DNA of 64,000 nt from Entomortierella parvispora E1425 (Eukaryota > Fungi > Mortierellomycota), in the NCBI GenBank assembly GCA_020891255.1, contig LC659289.1:1-64000 (forward strand), written 5' to 3'. Positions 1 to 12,133 of this stretch are shown one piece after another. The notes under the pieces are model-generated. The model saw nothing but the letters and a program-made list of their open reading frames with translations. It ran no database searches and was not told where the DNA came from. The translations under genes and the position numbers were made by a program. How positions within the stretch are numbered: position 1 is the stretch's first letter; the number at the start of each line of letters is the position of its first letter.

Positions 1-231
1 GTTGTTTTACAAACAGAATTAAGAGTATATTATAATAGTTACACTATCTTATTCTTTGTTTTTATTAATAAAAGTGATTAGTTTACTTTGTAGATTATTT
101 TTAGATAGGTATCTAAAATAATAGGGTTCAGCTCTATATAAGGGGGGTATATTTAGCTATAGTAAGCTATAAAGAAGAAAAGGTCAATAAACAATGTGTA
201 AAAAAAATAACAGTAATGATATGTAAAATAA

Positions 232-3200
232 TTTTCAAGATAATAAAGAGATTAATTGAGGATGACTAGCCAATGATTATAAAGGAGGTATAAATACCAA
301 ATATCCTAGCTAATAATTTCAAGCTTAGCTAAATCTAGGATTATCCTATGGGAAACCAAAAATTTTTAAATAAATAAATAACCTTATGAACTGAAACATC
401 TAAGTAATAAGAGGAAAAAAAATCAACTGAGATTCTGCTAGTAGTGGTGAGCGAAAACAGATAAGCCTGCCGGCATAAAGCTGGCTATAATATATAATTT
501 AATTATGAATAATTAATTTCTTCCCCGGTATTATATAAATGCTTTGGGATTAATGAAATTTCTGGAAGTGAGATATACCAAAGAGGGTGATAGTCCCGTA
601 ATAATTAAATTATAATTTGTTCATTCGTTACTTTTGTAATGGATAGTAATAACAAATAATTATGCTTAAAGCATAATTTATATAAAAAAAGTAAGATGGA
701 AGATAATCTGTCTGAATAAGGGGAACCATCCTCTAAGGCTAAATATGAATCATTGAGCGATAGTGAATAGTACCGTGAGGGAAACGTTGAAAAGCAAGTA
801 GATAACTGGTGAAATAGATCCTGAATCAATAATCTTATAAGCAGTCGGAGTATGAAAAAAATAAAATAGTATGACGACGTACCTTTTGCATCATGGGTCA
901 GCGAGTTTATAGGTAGTGCAAGTAAATTTAATGAAATAAGAAATTTCTTATAATAATTAAATACTTAGTGAAAGCGATCATAAATTATTTATTAATATAT
1001 GAGGAAAGTACTATATATAAGACCCGAAACCAGGTGATCTTACCATGGCCAGGTGTAAGACCGAACCAACTACTGTTGCAATAGTACTGGATGAGCTGTG
1101 GTAGGGAGTGAAAGGCTAATCTTACCTGGAGATAGCTGGTATTCTGCGAAACCTATTTAGGTAGGATCTATATTTGAATTATAGCAAGTAGTGCTCTGCT
1201 TTTAGCAATCCATTTGTTATTATGATAAATGGGATTGCATTAAAAATGCAATTTATATTTAATGGGGGGATTATTATGATTCTATCCACTGAAGGCAATC
1301 AAACCAATGGTTATAAATTCAAGATATAGGGTCAGACTATGGGTGCTAAGGCCGATAGTCGAATGGGGAAGAGCCCAGAATAGTAACTAAGGTCCCTAAA
1401 TAAATACTAAGTGAATATAAGGTAGTGTTGTATAGAAAACATCCATTATGTAGGCTTGGAGGCAGCAATCATTTAGAGAAAGCGTAAATGCTCAATGGTC
1501 TTTTTAATATATGATGCACCAATAATTTAACGGGTCTAAAGTATTTTACCGATGTTCTATCTGCAAAATAATATTAATAATTTACCTAGCCTTCGGGATA
1601 GGCCTTTTTGTTTATCAAATAAGGTGGTTCCTAGTGAACTGTTATAAAAATTTGCTGGGTAGCAGAACATACTATAAATGGAATGAAGGGTATTTTTTAA
1701 TTACCTTGACATAATAGTAGAGATTATGCTGACATGAGTAACGCAAAAGCATTAAAATATGCTTCACCGAATGCCTAAGGGTTCCATAGAAAAATTAAAT
1801 TGCTATGGGTTAAACGGTCTCTAAGAATATAAGCGAAAGCTTTGATTGATGAGGAATTTATTATAAATATATTTAATAAAAAGTAAATTAATTAAAAATT
1901 GATTTATTTTTTTTATTTATACAGGAAAAAATAATATAAAATATACCGTACTCTAAACCGACACTGGTAGGCAGGTAGAATATACTAAGGTGTTGAGAGA
2001 ACTCTCCTGAAGGAACTAGGCAAAATAACTCTGTAATTTCGAAAGAAAGAGTGGCTATTAAATTGTATAATTTGATAGCTGGCACATAAATGTGAGGTAC
2101 GACTGTTTACTAAAAACACAGCACTTTGCCAACATAATAATGGATGTATAAAGTGTGATACCTGCTCAATGCCAAACGTATAAATTTTTTGGTTTCACGA
2201 TCAAAAATTAAACATTGGTCAATAGCGGCTGTAACTATGACAGTCCTAAGGTAGCGAAATACCTAGTCGGATAATTGCCGACGTGCATGAATGGTTTAAC
2301 GATACTTCAACTGTCTCCAGGAGAGACTCAGTGAAATTGAACTAACCGTGATGATGCGGTTTACCTACAGCTAGACACGAAGACCCTATGAAGCTTTACT
2401 GTAGTTAATTATTGTTAATTTTATATTAAGATACAGCAATAAGGTAGTTGATTAAACAAAACTGAGAGCCCTTAACTTAATATAAAATTAACTAAGATAA
2501 TATTCAATCTTTATATAGCTTCTTTCTTGTACCTTTTAGGTAAAGGTTTTGAAGGTTTTTGACTTTCAGAATCTTATAGGCTGAAATATATAAAGTATCT
2601 TGAATATTCTTCCCCCTCCTGCGGAGGGGGACCTGGAAAATTTTATAAAATAATAGCTTCTCTATTAGGAGGAGATCTGTCTTTCGGGACAGATAAAATA
2701 TTAATTTATAAAGGTACCCCAAAGGGAAAATGATTAATTGGCAGTTTACCTGGGGCGGGATTCTCATAAATAGTATCTGAGAAGTACAAAGGTTTGTTTA
2801 AATTGGATGGAAACCAATGGGTTTATGATAACCTAATTAAGCGTAATGGTATAAACAAGCTTAACTGTAAGACAAAAAAGTCGAACAGACGCGTAAGCGG
2901 GTCATAGTGATCCGATAGTTTCATTATGGAATGGCTATCGCACAACTGATAAAAGTTACTCTAGGGATAACAGGCTAGTCACTGACGAGAGTCCATATTG
3001 ACTCAGTGGTCCGGCACCTCGATGTCGACTCATCTTTTCCTGGGGGTTGTAGTTGCTCCCAAGGGTTCGACTGTTCGTCGAGTAAAAAGGTACGTGAGTT
3101 GGGTTTAATACGATGTGAATCAGTATTGATTATATCTACTGTAGGAGTTAGAATAAGAATAGCAGTTTATCTTAGTACGCAAGGACCAGATTAAGTGCAC

Positions 3201-3480
3201 CTATGGTTTACCAGTTGTATAACATTATAATTAATGAATGCATGGCTGGAAAGCTATGTGCATAAATGATAACTACTGAAAGCATATAAGTAGGAAACAG
3301 AGCTATGAATTATTCTTTTCCTTACATTCTTTGGATGTAAAAGGAATTAAATTAGCAATAGACTATTGCTTTGATAGGCTACCCAATATTATAACAAATA
3401 GGGAAGTTAACTTTTTAGTTGACTGTGAGGTGTAAGAATAGTAATATTTTAAGCCATCTATGTACTAATCTTTAATAATC
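232..3480 (+). rRNA. rnl: Mitochondrial LSU rRNA, no intron seen; ends approximate
   Basis: Conserved LSU motifs GAACTGAAACATCTAAGT (~388), GACCCGAAAC (1021), CCTAAGGTAGCGAAAT (~2246), GGGATAACAGGCT (~2965), GGCACCTCGATGTCGACTC (~3013). Confidence 0.95.
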
Positions 3481-4043
3481 TTGAAAATTACTTATCATTA
3501 ACGCCCGTAGGGGAAATTAAAATAAAATAATAAATATAATTTTATATAAATCAATATTTTCATTAGAAAAGAAGATATTAGTAAGAATTTTGTTTAATAT
3601 AAAATAAGCTATAATATAAATAAGCTATAGTATATTACCTACTATAATTTTGATTGCTTATTTATAGATATATAAAAAATCTATCGTTTTTAAAATAATT
3701 TTCTATTTCTGATATATTAGAGATGATTATTAAATTACAATTAAAATGTTTGTTATTTCTGAATAACACATAAAAAAGTACTGTTGAATTGACACTAAAA
3801 TAAACAAAAAATTTTTAACATAAATTTTGAAATTTTTGTTTAATATTTCTATATTTTAAATACTTCTTTATGGATTCACTTATAAATATTAGTTTTACCT
3901 TTATTATTTTACAGGGTATTTGATCTGTCTGTTTCTGAAATAAAATAAATTATTACAGATAAATTATAAAATAAGTCTGAAAACTCTTTGATTTCTGATA
4001 AATAAAAATTTTTTTATATAAATTTATTATTATAAATATAGAA

Positions 4044-4115
4044 GCGCGGATGACAGAATTGAACTATCAATACAAGATCATGAGTCTTGGGTGTTAACCA
4101 TTACACTAATCCACA
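4044..4115 (-). tRNA. trnfM: tRNA-Met(CAU), probable initiator
   Basis: Cloverleaf, anticodon loop CTCATGA, weak T-G first pair, D arm resembling fungal mt fMet tRNA. Confidence 0.8.
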
Positions 4116-4308
4116 TTTTTTTTTAATAAATTATATAAATTTTATAAATTTTTACCTTGTGAGGAAAGGGAATATCTATCTCAAATGAATTTAGTTTTTC
4201 AGAAGATAATGAAAAATTTTTTAATAAAAAAGAAACTTAGCTTTATTATACTTATTTATAAATTATTTATAAATTTATATAATTATAAATATATTTAGTT
4301 TTATATCT

Positions 4309-4382
4309 TAGGACTGAGAGGACTTGAACCTCTACTATCGGTCTTATCAAGACCGCGCTTTAACCAATTAAGCTACAATCCT
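4309..4382 (-). tRNA. trnI: tRNA-Ile(GAU)
   Basis: Cloverleaf; CGGTC-TTGATAA-GACCG anticodon arm. Confidence 0.95.
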
Positions 4383-4443
4383 TATTTATTATTATTTATT
4401 TAACAAGTAAAATAAAAAGGGGGAGATTTTTTAAAAGCAGAAA

Positions 4444-4866
4444 TTACTCAGTACCATATCTAGAATCTTGATCGTTATTATTAGCTTGAATAATTGCCAA
4501 ATTAAGAAAGGCATGAAAGTTAGCTAAATTTTCAGAATTATCATCATTTAGATCAATTGGTCCAAAAATAATAGTATAAAGGATATATAAGAGTATCATA
4601 TGACTAAGCATATCTTTAAAATTTTTAGGACTTCCTTCAAATGATGTAGTATATACTTTATGCAAAAACCCAATTAAACCAGTTCTTACTCTCTTTCTGG
4701 GTTGAGGTATCTCGGACTCTACATCTATAAAGATCTCACTATAAAGATCATTTGGCATACAATAAACTTCGTTATCTGTAAAAATTAAAGAAATAATAAA
4801 ATATAATATATAAATTATAAGAAATCTTATAAGTTTATTCTTAAAAAAGGAAATTAGAAATAACAT
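4444..4866 (-). CDS. Orphan ORF140, two predicted hydrophobic helices
   Basis: 140-codon ORF in AT-rich DNA; leader is a copy of the cox2 5' region; C-rich motif at 4419-4423 after the stop. Confidence 0.6.
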   Translation of the reverse strand: MLFLISFFKNKLIRFLIIYILYFIISLIFTDNEVYCMPNDLYSEIFIDVESEIPQPRKRVRTGLIGFLHKVYTTSFEGSPKNFKDMLSHMILLYILYTIIFGPIDLNDDNSENLANFHAFLNLAIIQANNNDQDSRYGTE

Positions 4867-5000
4867 TGTTAATAAAAAAAGTTTAGTACAAAAAAATATT
4901 ACTTAATTATTAAGTATGTATAACGATAAAAATATCCGTGGCCTATTCTTTTTTATTTATTATTCTATCGTTGTAAAAATATTAAAATGGGGCTTTAAAA

Positions 5001-5072
5001 AGATTCGAATTATTTAAGTTTTTAAACTTTAATTTTAATGATCTTAAAAAGACTAATTATGTAATTACTGAT
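5001..5072. repeat. 72-bp inverted repeat of 17275-17346 (1 mismatch)
   Basis: ATCAGTAATTACATAATTAGTCTTTTTAAGATC...TTCGAATCT present at both loci in opposite orientation. Confidence 0.85.
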
Positions 5073-5094
5073 ATTTATATCAAATTAAAAACAT

Positions 5095-5123
5095 CGCGCT
5101 TTAACCAATTAAGCTACAATCCT
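5095..5123 (-). pseudogene. Exact copy of the 5' 29 nt of trnI(GAU)
   Basis: Identical to 4354-4382. Confidence 0.9.
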
Positions 5124-5240
5124 CTAATTAAATTTTAAGCAGATGTCCTATTTATAAATAACTTTAGTCATTAGTTAATTAGTTAGATGAACATAAAAAT
5201 ATTAATCGTTATATATAATTAATAAGAATTTATTAAGAAT

Positions 5241-5325
5241 TAGTTTATTATAATTCAGGTCTTAATTGACAAAAGAAAAGAAATAAAAATAAAATGTTAG
5301 CAATCTTAAAAGGACCAGGTTTATA
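5241..5325 (+). pseudogene. Degenerate copy of atp9 5' UTR and first codons
   Basis: AGTTTATTATAAtTCaGGTCTTAATTGACAA...AAAATGTTA matches ~6206-6266; continues ATCTTAAAAGGACCAGGTTTA, similar to atp9 ATCATAGGTGCAGGATTA. Confidence 0.65.
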
Positions 5326-5344
5326 AAAGGTTTAGATTTTTTAT

Positions 5345-5960
5345 ATAGCACTAGATTAATTAAAGAAGAAAAGAACTCCTTTATTGTTTCATCTAAATTA
5401 CATGATATGCTAATTGGTATATGTTTAGGTGATTTGTATATTAATAGAAGAAGTATTAATTCATATTTATATTTTCATCAGGGACTTTTAAATAAAGAGT
5501 ATCTTTATCACTTATTTGAATTATTTTTGAGTTATTCTAATTATAAGGCTCCAATTTATAAAGAATATTTAAATAATAAATCCAATAAAATATATAATTC
5601 TACTTTTTCAATATGTTGTCATTGCCCTGTTTTAATTATTATCATGAATTATTCTATGTTGATAAGATTAAAATAGTTCCATTGAATATTGGTGAATTAT
5701 TAAATGCTAGATCTTTAGCTTATTGGGCAATAGACGATAGCTTTAAAATTGAAAGTGGATTTTATTTAAATACCAACTCTTTTACTTTAAGTGAAGTAGA
5801 ATTATAAATTAATGTTTAAAAGAAAATTTTTATTTAAATTGTACGAATCATAATAAAGGAAGAGATCAATATATAATATATATTAGAATTGAATCAATGA
5901 TTAAATTTATATCTTTTGTTACACCATATTTTCATGAATCTATGATGTATAAATTAACTG
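5345..5960 (+). pseudogene. Frameshifted LAGLIDADG_2-type homing endonuclease
   Basis: MLIGICLGDLYI and LAYWAIDD motifs in different frames; ends [10 protein letters not shown] like the cox1 intron 1 insert. Confidence 0.85.
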
Positions 5961-6209
5961 CTTATATATTATAATATTTATTTAGTGTCTGGTAAGGACT
6001 TTATCAATATATTAGTAAGCCTTTTATTTTTCATTACTATTCAAATGAACACCCTCAGTAGGCTTATTTCAAATATAGTTGTTATAAAAATTCTTTTTTA
6101 TAAAAACATTCTTTTAAAAATCTTTTTTTTTAGAAATTACAAAAATCTTAAGTGGTCATCAATTATTTTTACCGTTATTAATAAATAATAAGAATTGATT
6201 AAAATTTAG

Positions 6210-6482
<273 letters not shown>

Positions 6483-6533
6483 TTTTAACAAGTGCAAAAT
6501 CCCCCTTTTTAATTAAATACTTATAAAAATACA

Positions 6534-7265
6534 ATGAATACAATATATAATTTAATTTTCAATTACTTTAATAGTAGTTTTGACTCCATTAATTTGGAAA
6601 ATTTCCTTATTATTTTAGATTTTATTGGTCCTGAATTTTCTACAGATTCTACTAATATTATTCTATTATGCTCTAGCATGGTTCCTATTAAAATTTATAG
6701 TAATGCAGATACTATGAAACAAGATATACTAAAAGATAATTTTAAAAAAGTAGGTGTGTATAGATGGATTAACAATGATAATAATAAGACTTACGTGGGA
6801 AGTTCTATTAATTTATCTAATCGATTTAGACTTTATTTTAATAATGATTTTATTTCTGATAAAACCAGAAGTAAAAGTTTAATCCATGACGCACTTACTT
6901 TATACGGTTATTCAAAATTCACTCTAGAAATATTGGAGTATTGCGATAAAAGTTCAGTACTAAGTAGAGAGCAGCATTATCTGGATACTTTAAATCCAGA
7001 GTATAATCTGTTAAAAATAGCAGGTAATTCTACCGGATTTAAACATTCAGAGGAATCTATATTGAAAAGAGTAACAGCTTTTACAGAAAACAAAAAAGCT
7101 AGAAAAGCTTTAAACCTTTTAAAATTAAAAGAAAATATTAAAGAATATAAGATTTCTATTAATTTCCCTTTACAAGGTTCAAAAAGATCTCTCGAAACTA
7201 TAGAATTAATGCGGAAAAATCACTCTAGAAGTAAAACAGTTTACGAATATAAATCAGATAAATAA
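6534..7265 (+). CDS. Free-standing GIY-YIG endonuclease, C-terminus probably truncated
   Basis: GVYRWINNDNNKTYVGSS, REQHYLD, NLLKIAG...GFKHS. Confidence 0.85.
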   Translation: MNTIYNLIFNYFNSSFDSINLENFLIILDFIGPEFSTDSTNIILLCSSMVPIKIYSNADTMKQDILKDNFKKVGVYRWINNDNNKTYVGSSINLSNRFRLYFNNDFISDKTRSKSLIHDALTLYGYSKFTLEILEYCDKSSVLSREQHYLDTLNPEYNLLKIAGNSTGFKHSEESILKRVTAFTENKKARKALNLLKLKENIKEYKISINFPLQGSKRSLETIELMRKNHSRSKTVYEYKSDK

Positions 7266-7789
7266 TTTTAATTATTAAGTACAATTCTTTAAAACAAGCC
7301 CAGAAAATAATCGGATTTATTTGTGAATATATCGTGATATGTGTAAAAGCAAGTAAATTATCATATAACTCATCTTAATACTCTTTTACAGAATTGTAAT
7401 AATTTTGCCATTAAAAAACTCTTACTCCTTTACTAGGATCTATTATTATACTCATAATTGTAATAACAAAATTTCCCTTGATATATTATTTTTGTTAATT
7501 AATATTGCTTATTTTAACTATATAAATTATACAGTATATACAATATAAAATTTATATTATTATTTATGAATATCTTTTAAAAATTAATCTTTTATTTCCA
7601 ATAGTCTTTGAATTCCATTCTATTTGAAAAAGCAGAGTTATAGTTTTTAACATCATATTTTTAAATACTTTAATAAGAGTTATATTTTAATAAGAGCTAT
7701 ACATAATATAGACATATTAAAATATTCAATTATATCTGAACGGTAGAAAAGAAATAAGTAATTTAAACTATCCAAAATTGGACTTTGAA

Positions 7790-7942
7790 GTAATAAATTT
7801 GTTTGAAATAACCCTTATAATATTTCAATAAAATAAATACTAATAGCAATATTAGAAAAGCAAATCTATAAATTAAGATTATTAACAAGTGTTAAGATGG
7901 TATAGTTAATACTAGAATTTAAAATAAATTTAATAGTAACAT
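7790..7942 (-). pseudogene. nad2 5' fragment (about 50-60 codons)
   Basis: Starts ATGTTACTATTA; ILIYRFAFLILLL and GLFQTNLL resemble Nad2 ILIHRIAFLVLLF and GLFQTTLL; has stops. Confidence 0.75.
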
Positions 7943-8053
7943 ATTTGACATTTATTTTTAAATTTTTCTTTTTTATAATAATTTATTGTTATACTTACCC
8001 ACCAATTAAAGCTAAACCCTTTTATTAAAAAATATTTATAAGAGAGGGGGGAG

Positions 8054-8416
8054 TTAAGACTCTTTGTCTTTGTTAGTGTAATTTAACGCTCCAGAGGAAT
8101 ACTCATAAATGAATCCAACTGTTAATACAATTAAAAAGAATAAAAGAATCCAAAATCCGGATTGAGAAATGCTATTCATTGAAACAGCAGCTGGGAATAA
8201 TAAAAGTACTTCCAAATCAAAAACTAAGAATAAAATACCTACTAAGTAGAAATGAATAGAGAATTTTTGTCTAGCTTGTTCAACTGGAGAAAAACCACAC
8301 TCAAAAGTAGTTAATTTTTCCTCGTTTGGTTTAGATTGAGCAAAAAATAAATTTAAACCTAATAAAGCTATTACAATAACCGGTACTAATATAAAATAGA
8401 ATAAAAATGAATTCAT
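8054..8416 (-). CDS. nad3: NADH dehydrogenase subunit 3
   Basis: EKLTTFECGF, FLVFDLEV; start overlaps the nad2 stop (TAATG). Confidence 0.98.
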   Translation of the reverse strand: MNSFLFYFILVPVIVIALLGLNLFFAQSKPNEEKLTTFECGFSPVEQARQKFSIHFYLVGILFLVFDLEVLLLFPAAVSMNSISQSGFWILLFFLIVLTVGFIYEYSSGALNYTNKDKES

Positions 8417-9963
8417 TAGCAGTAATATTGAGTCGTAGCTATCATATGAATACTATTTAATATTGGTGTAGGGTAGATCATAAAGAAAATAATAAATAAA
8501 GTTAATATTGCTACAATGTAAACTAATATTGGTGATAAATTATTACTTCCTGATATTGAAATTGTATTATTATTAGTATCAGGTAAGAAAAGAGTTTTTA
8601 TAATTTGTAAATAATATACTGTACTAATTACAGAAGTAATTACGATAACTAAACTTAAAAAATAATTACCATTCATTAAAGCTGTGTTAATTACAAAATA
8701 TTTACCAAAAAATCCTATTAATGGTGGAATACCACTCATTGAGAACAATGATAAACTAAATGCTATACTAAGAGCAGGATTGTAATAAAATTTACCTCGA
8801 AGTTGGCTAATATATTGTATAGGTGAGTAAATAGAAGTAATAGAATTTTTATCTAAAGTATTACCTAATAATATTAAAATTAAGAATATATTTAAACTTG
8901 TTATAGAATATTGAGTAATATAGAATAACGTACTTTCTAATCCATTAATAGTATCATAACTTAAGGCTAATAATATTAATCCTACATGTGAAATAGTACT
9001 ATAAGCTAATAATCGTTTTATTTTATATTGAGCTAATCCTGTAATAGATCCTAATAATAATGATAATAAAGCAGATATCATTAATAAATTAGAATCTATT
9101 AAGAAATTATTCATGATAAAAAATATTAAAATTGATAGTTTTGGCATTATTGTTAACCAAGTTGTAACTATAGTAGGTACTCCATCATATACATCAGGAG
9201 CCCAAGAATGTAATGGTGCAGCCCCAATTTTAAATAATAAACCAATTGTTAAAATTAAAGTACCTATAGCTAAATAATTATAAGAATTTTCTTCAAATGA
9301 TTGACCAATAACACTTTGTAAAATATTTAATGATTCAAAATTTGTTAAACCTGTATAAGAATATATTAATGATGAACCTAATAAAATAAAACAAGAAGAA
9401 AGACCACCAAGTAAAAAATATTTCAGCCCTGCAGCTACTGCTGATTCTGAATTTCTATTCATAGTAGCTAAAATATATAAGGCGAAACTTTGAGTTTCAA
9501 TTGATAAGAACATAATAATTAAGTCAGAACTAGATATTAAAGATATCATACCTAACGTTGTAAATAAAACAATTAATGGGTAATCTATTAATTGCGTATT
9601 ATTTTTTACAATTGGTAAAAATTTTTTAACAGAGTTAGAAACTAAATTATCCCAATAATTGAACATATTTGTTGTTGTTTTATTAAGATCTTTAATTTTT
9701 TCGTCTGAAGGCGTTATTAGTAAAATAATACTACCTAAGATTAATATGAAAATTTCTAAGGAATGAGATAATAAAGTTGTTTGAAATAACCCTCCTAGTA
9801 TTCCTATTCCTGATGATAGTGGTGTTACATACAATGTATTATATGTTAATAAACCACTAAATAATAGTACTAGAAAAGCAATTCTGTGAATTAAGATTGT
9901 TGATAAATAAGTAGAAGCTAATGGTATCGTCATTACTAGAGTAATTATTCCTAATAGTAACAT
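8416..9963 (-). CDS. nad2: NADH dehydrogenase subunit 2
   Basis: AGLKYFLLG, FKIGAAPLHSWAPDVYDG, KRLLAYSTISH, GIPPLIGF. Confidence 0.97.
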   Translation of the reverse strand: MLLLGIITLVMTIPLASTYLSTILIHRIAFLVLLFSGLLTYNTLYVTPLSSGIGILGGLFQTTLLSHSLEIFILILGSIILLITPSDEKIKDLNKTTTNMFNYWDNLVSNSVKKFLPIVKNNTQLIDYPLIVLFTTLGMISLISSSDLIIMFLSIETQSFALYILATMNRNSESAVAAGLKYFLLGGLSSCFILLGSSLIYSYTGLTNFESLNILQSVIGQSFEENSYNYLAIGTLILTIGLLFKIGAAPLHSWAPDVYDGVPTIVTTWLTIMPKLSILIFFIMNNFLIDSNLLMISALLSLLLGSITGLAQYKIKRLLAYSTISHVGLILLALSYDTINGLESTLFYITQYSITSLNIFLILILLGNTLDKNSITSIYSPIQYISQLRGKFYYNPALSIAFSLSLFSMSGIPPLIGFFGKYFVINTALMNGNYFLSLVIVITSVISTVYYLQIIKTLFLPDTNNNTISISGSNNLSPILVYIVAILTLFIIFFMIYPTPILNSIHMIATTQYYC

Positions 9964-10150
9964 CTATGTACTTAACATGTTTGTTTTATTTTTTCTTCTT
10001 TATAGCTATCAAAAACCAAATATACCTCCCCTATTCTGAAGCTGAACCTTCGGTTTTTATTCTTAATTATAGATAGAATGAGTCTAATATAATTAACAAA
10101 AGAGTTCATTATCACTTCGTTAAAAGAGTTTATCAACAAACTGATTTATG

Positions 10151-10960
10151 TTAATATATTAGTACTAAAGATATATAATTTTTATAAACTTTTTTAGTAT
10201 CTAGATACGTAGATATAGTAGTTCTAGGTTTCTCTAATTTACGAACTGATTCTGAAACCGAATATAATTCATATAGTAATAAAAGGTCCGAATTATAAAT
10301 ATATATTCTTACCGGTTTAGTTGATTTAAGGAAAACTTTTTCATCTAATTTATTAACTATATTTCTATTCAATAGGTCCATTGAAAAATAAATATTATTT
10401 TTAAACAATCTACCAATTTTATATATTTGAATATACTAACATCACTTATGTTAAATTTTTTTCCTGTCTCTTTAGCAGAGGGATACTGATTTAGTAATAT
10501 TTTATCTGAGGAGAAAACATTTATAAACCCATTCCCTAATAATAAATCTTCAGAAGATTTACTTTGACTCATTAATCTTTTACTCTCTGAGGAATACTTG
10601 TGTCCAGCTCTAGAATCCGCCCATCTTAAAATATTATATTTAGAATTATAGTTATTAATTAAATATTGCTCAAATTTTATAACTTCCTTAGTATTACTAT
10701 CAGGTAATGTAGTTATTATTAAAGAGAAATTCTCATTCACAATTTAATAAAGCACTAATTATTAAAGAAGAATAATTCAATTTATGAGTATTATAAGTAT
10801 AATAAAATTTTAATCGAGAAGCTAAATTAATTAAATTATCAATGTAACATTTAGAATTGTTTCTATTTAGCCAGATATAATAACCAGAAACATTTTTAAC
10901 ATTATTGAAAATTTCTTCTCTTTGAAAAAAGGATTATTGTAAACGGAAGTTTGGCTTATA
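10151..10960 (-). pseudogene. Degenerate GIY-YIG endonuclease
   Basis: SGYYIWLN...CYI, FEQYLIN...YNILRWA...GHKYSSE across broken frames. Confidence 0.7.
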
Positions 10961-11008
10961 TTTTTTATTTCCAAGGGTAAAATATCTTATTAATAGTCTT
11001 CATTTAAC

Positions 11009-11071
11009 AAGGGGGATTTTTAATCCCTTGGTTTATAACTACTCCGCTGCTCGTTCCCGAACACCGACTAT
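11009..11071 (-). pseudogene. Second copy of the rns 3' terminus (helix 45 plus C-rich tail)
   Basis: 11011-11071 aligns ungapped to 12134-12194 with 6 differences, all in the helix 45 stem. Confidence 0.9.
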
Positions 11072-11181
11072 TAAAAAAATTTTCTCAAAGTAAAACTCCC
11101 CTTGTGTAAGGGGCCAATCCCACCCACCCATTCTACTTATGAGAAATTAAATTATAGTCTATTGACTATAACTTCTAAGTA

Positions 11182-12066
11182 CTATGACTCTGCAAACCAA
11201 ATGTTAATTATTTCTTGTCTTATTTCCTGAGTATAAACATTATTTTTATTTATATTATACTTATCAATAACAGATAATATTTTAATAATTTTATTTAAAT
11301 TTTTTAATTTAATACCATATAAAGGATATTTTTTAAAAAAAGGAATTAGAGTAGATCTAAAAAATTCTTTATTTTCTATTAATAATCGTATTGTATTATT
11401 AGGGTAAATATTTAATTTATTATTAATATTAAAAAATTCTTTAATTTCATTCATTAATAGGAGATTATTTTTATGTTGAGTAAGACTAATAAAAATCTTA
11501 CAAAATTTAGAGTTATCCAGAGTTAAAGTACTAGGATATATACTGATAGAACCATCACCTGCTATAAAACCTGATATATAATTACCATTAATAGGAATAT
11601 AATTCTCACTATTTTTATTACAATGTGAAGGTAAATAATCTTCTAAACTTACACGTGAGCGATTCATATTTTTAAATAAATCTTGTAATTTTACTATCCC
11701 TTCTGAAGTCAAATGACTTTTAGATGTTATAATTTCAGCAGCTACACACCAAGAATAAAAATCTTGTAATTTATTACCTCTTAAAGGATAATTTTTAAAA
11801 TGTGGTATAAGAATATTATTTATATCTGATATCTTAGAAATAGTTAAATGTACCATGTCATTAGATCTAGGTTTAGAAATAATCCCACAATTCAAATAAT
11901 TTTTAAATTTATTTAATAAATCTAAATCATTTTGCATTATTGCTATACTAAATCTTAATTTAGCCGTATATTTTCCAGCTTTCGTTTTGTAAATATTTAT
12001 ATTAAAACAACCTTCTGCTTCAGTAAACCCAGTAAAAAACCATCCAAAATCTTTATTATTTTGCAT
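11182..12066 (-). CDS. Intact double-motif LAGLIDADG endonuclease (294 aa from ATG 12066)
   Basis: WFFTGFTEAEGCF and YISGFIAGDGSI motifs; YPLRGNK. Confidence 0.92.
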   Translation of the reverse strand: MQNNKDFGWFFTGFTEAEGCFNINIYKTKAGKYTAKLRFSIAIMQNDLDLLNKFKNYLNCGIISKPRSNDMVHLTISKISDINNILIPHFKNYPLRGNKLQDFYSWCVAAEIITSKSHLTSEGIVKLQDLFKNMNRSRVSLEDYLPSHCNKNSENYIPINGNYISGFIAGDGSISIYPSTLTLDNSKFCKIFISLTQHKNNLLLMNEIKEFFNINNKLNIYPNNTIRLLIENKEFFRSTLIPFFKKYPLYGIKLKNLNKIIKILSVIDKYNINKNNVYTQEIRQEIINIWFAES

Positions 12067-12133
12067 ATTTTTGTTAACCAAGGGTAAAGTGTAGATCCCC
12101 TCTTAAGTCTATTGACTTTTTAGATCTTAAAAA

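Noticed and set aside
2610-2700. GC-rich hairpins in rnl as mobile double-hairpin elements
   Set aside because: Single-copy and within an rRNA variable region; no dispersed family seen
605-3194. ORFs at 605, 1888, 2504 and 3006
   Set aside because: They lie inside rnl and have no protein motifs; chance frames in rRNA
7390-7440. Displaced atp9 3' end after the GIY-YIG
   Set aside because: Only a weak resemblance (CTCTTACTCCTTTAC); indistinguishable from chance
11072-12133. Group I intron near the rns 3' end (S1506-like)
   Set aside because: The upstream copy already has a complete helix 45 and tail; no core motifs found and no G before the distal copy
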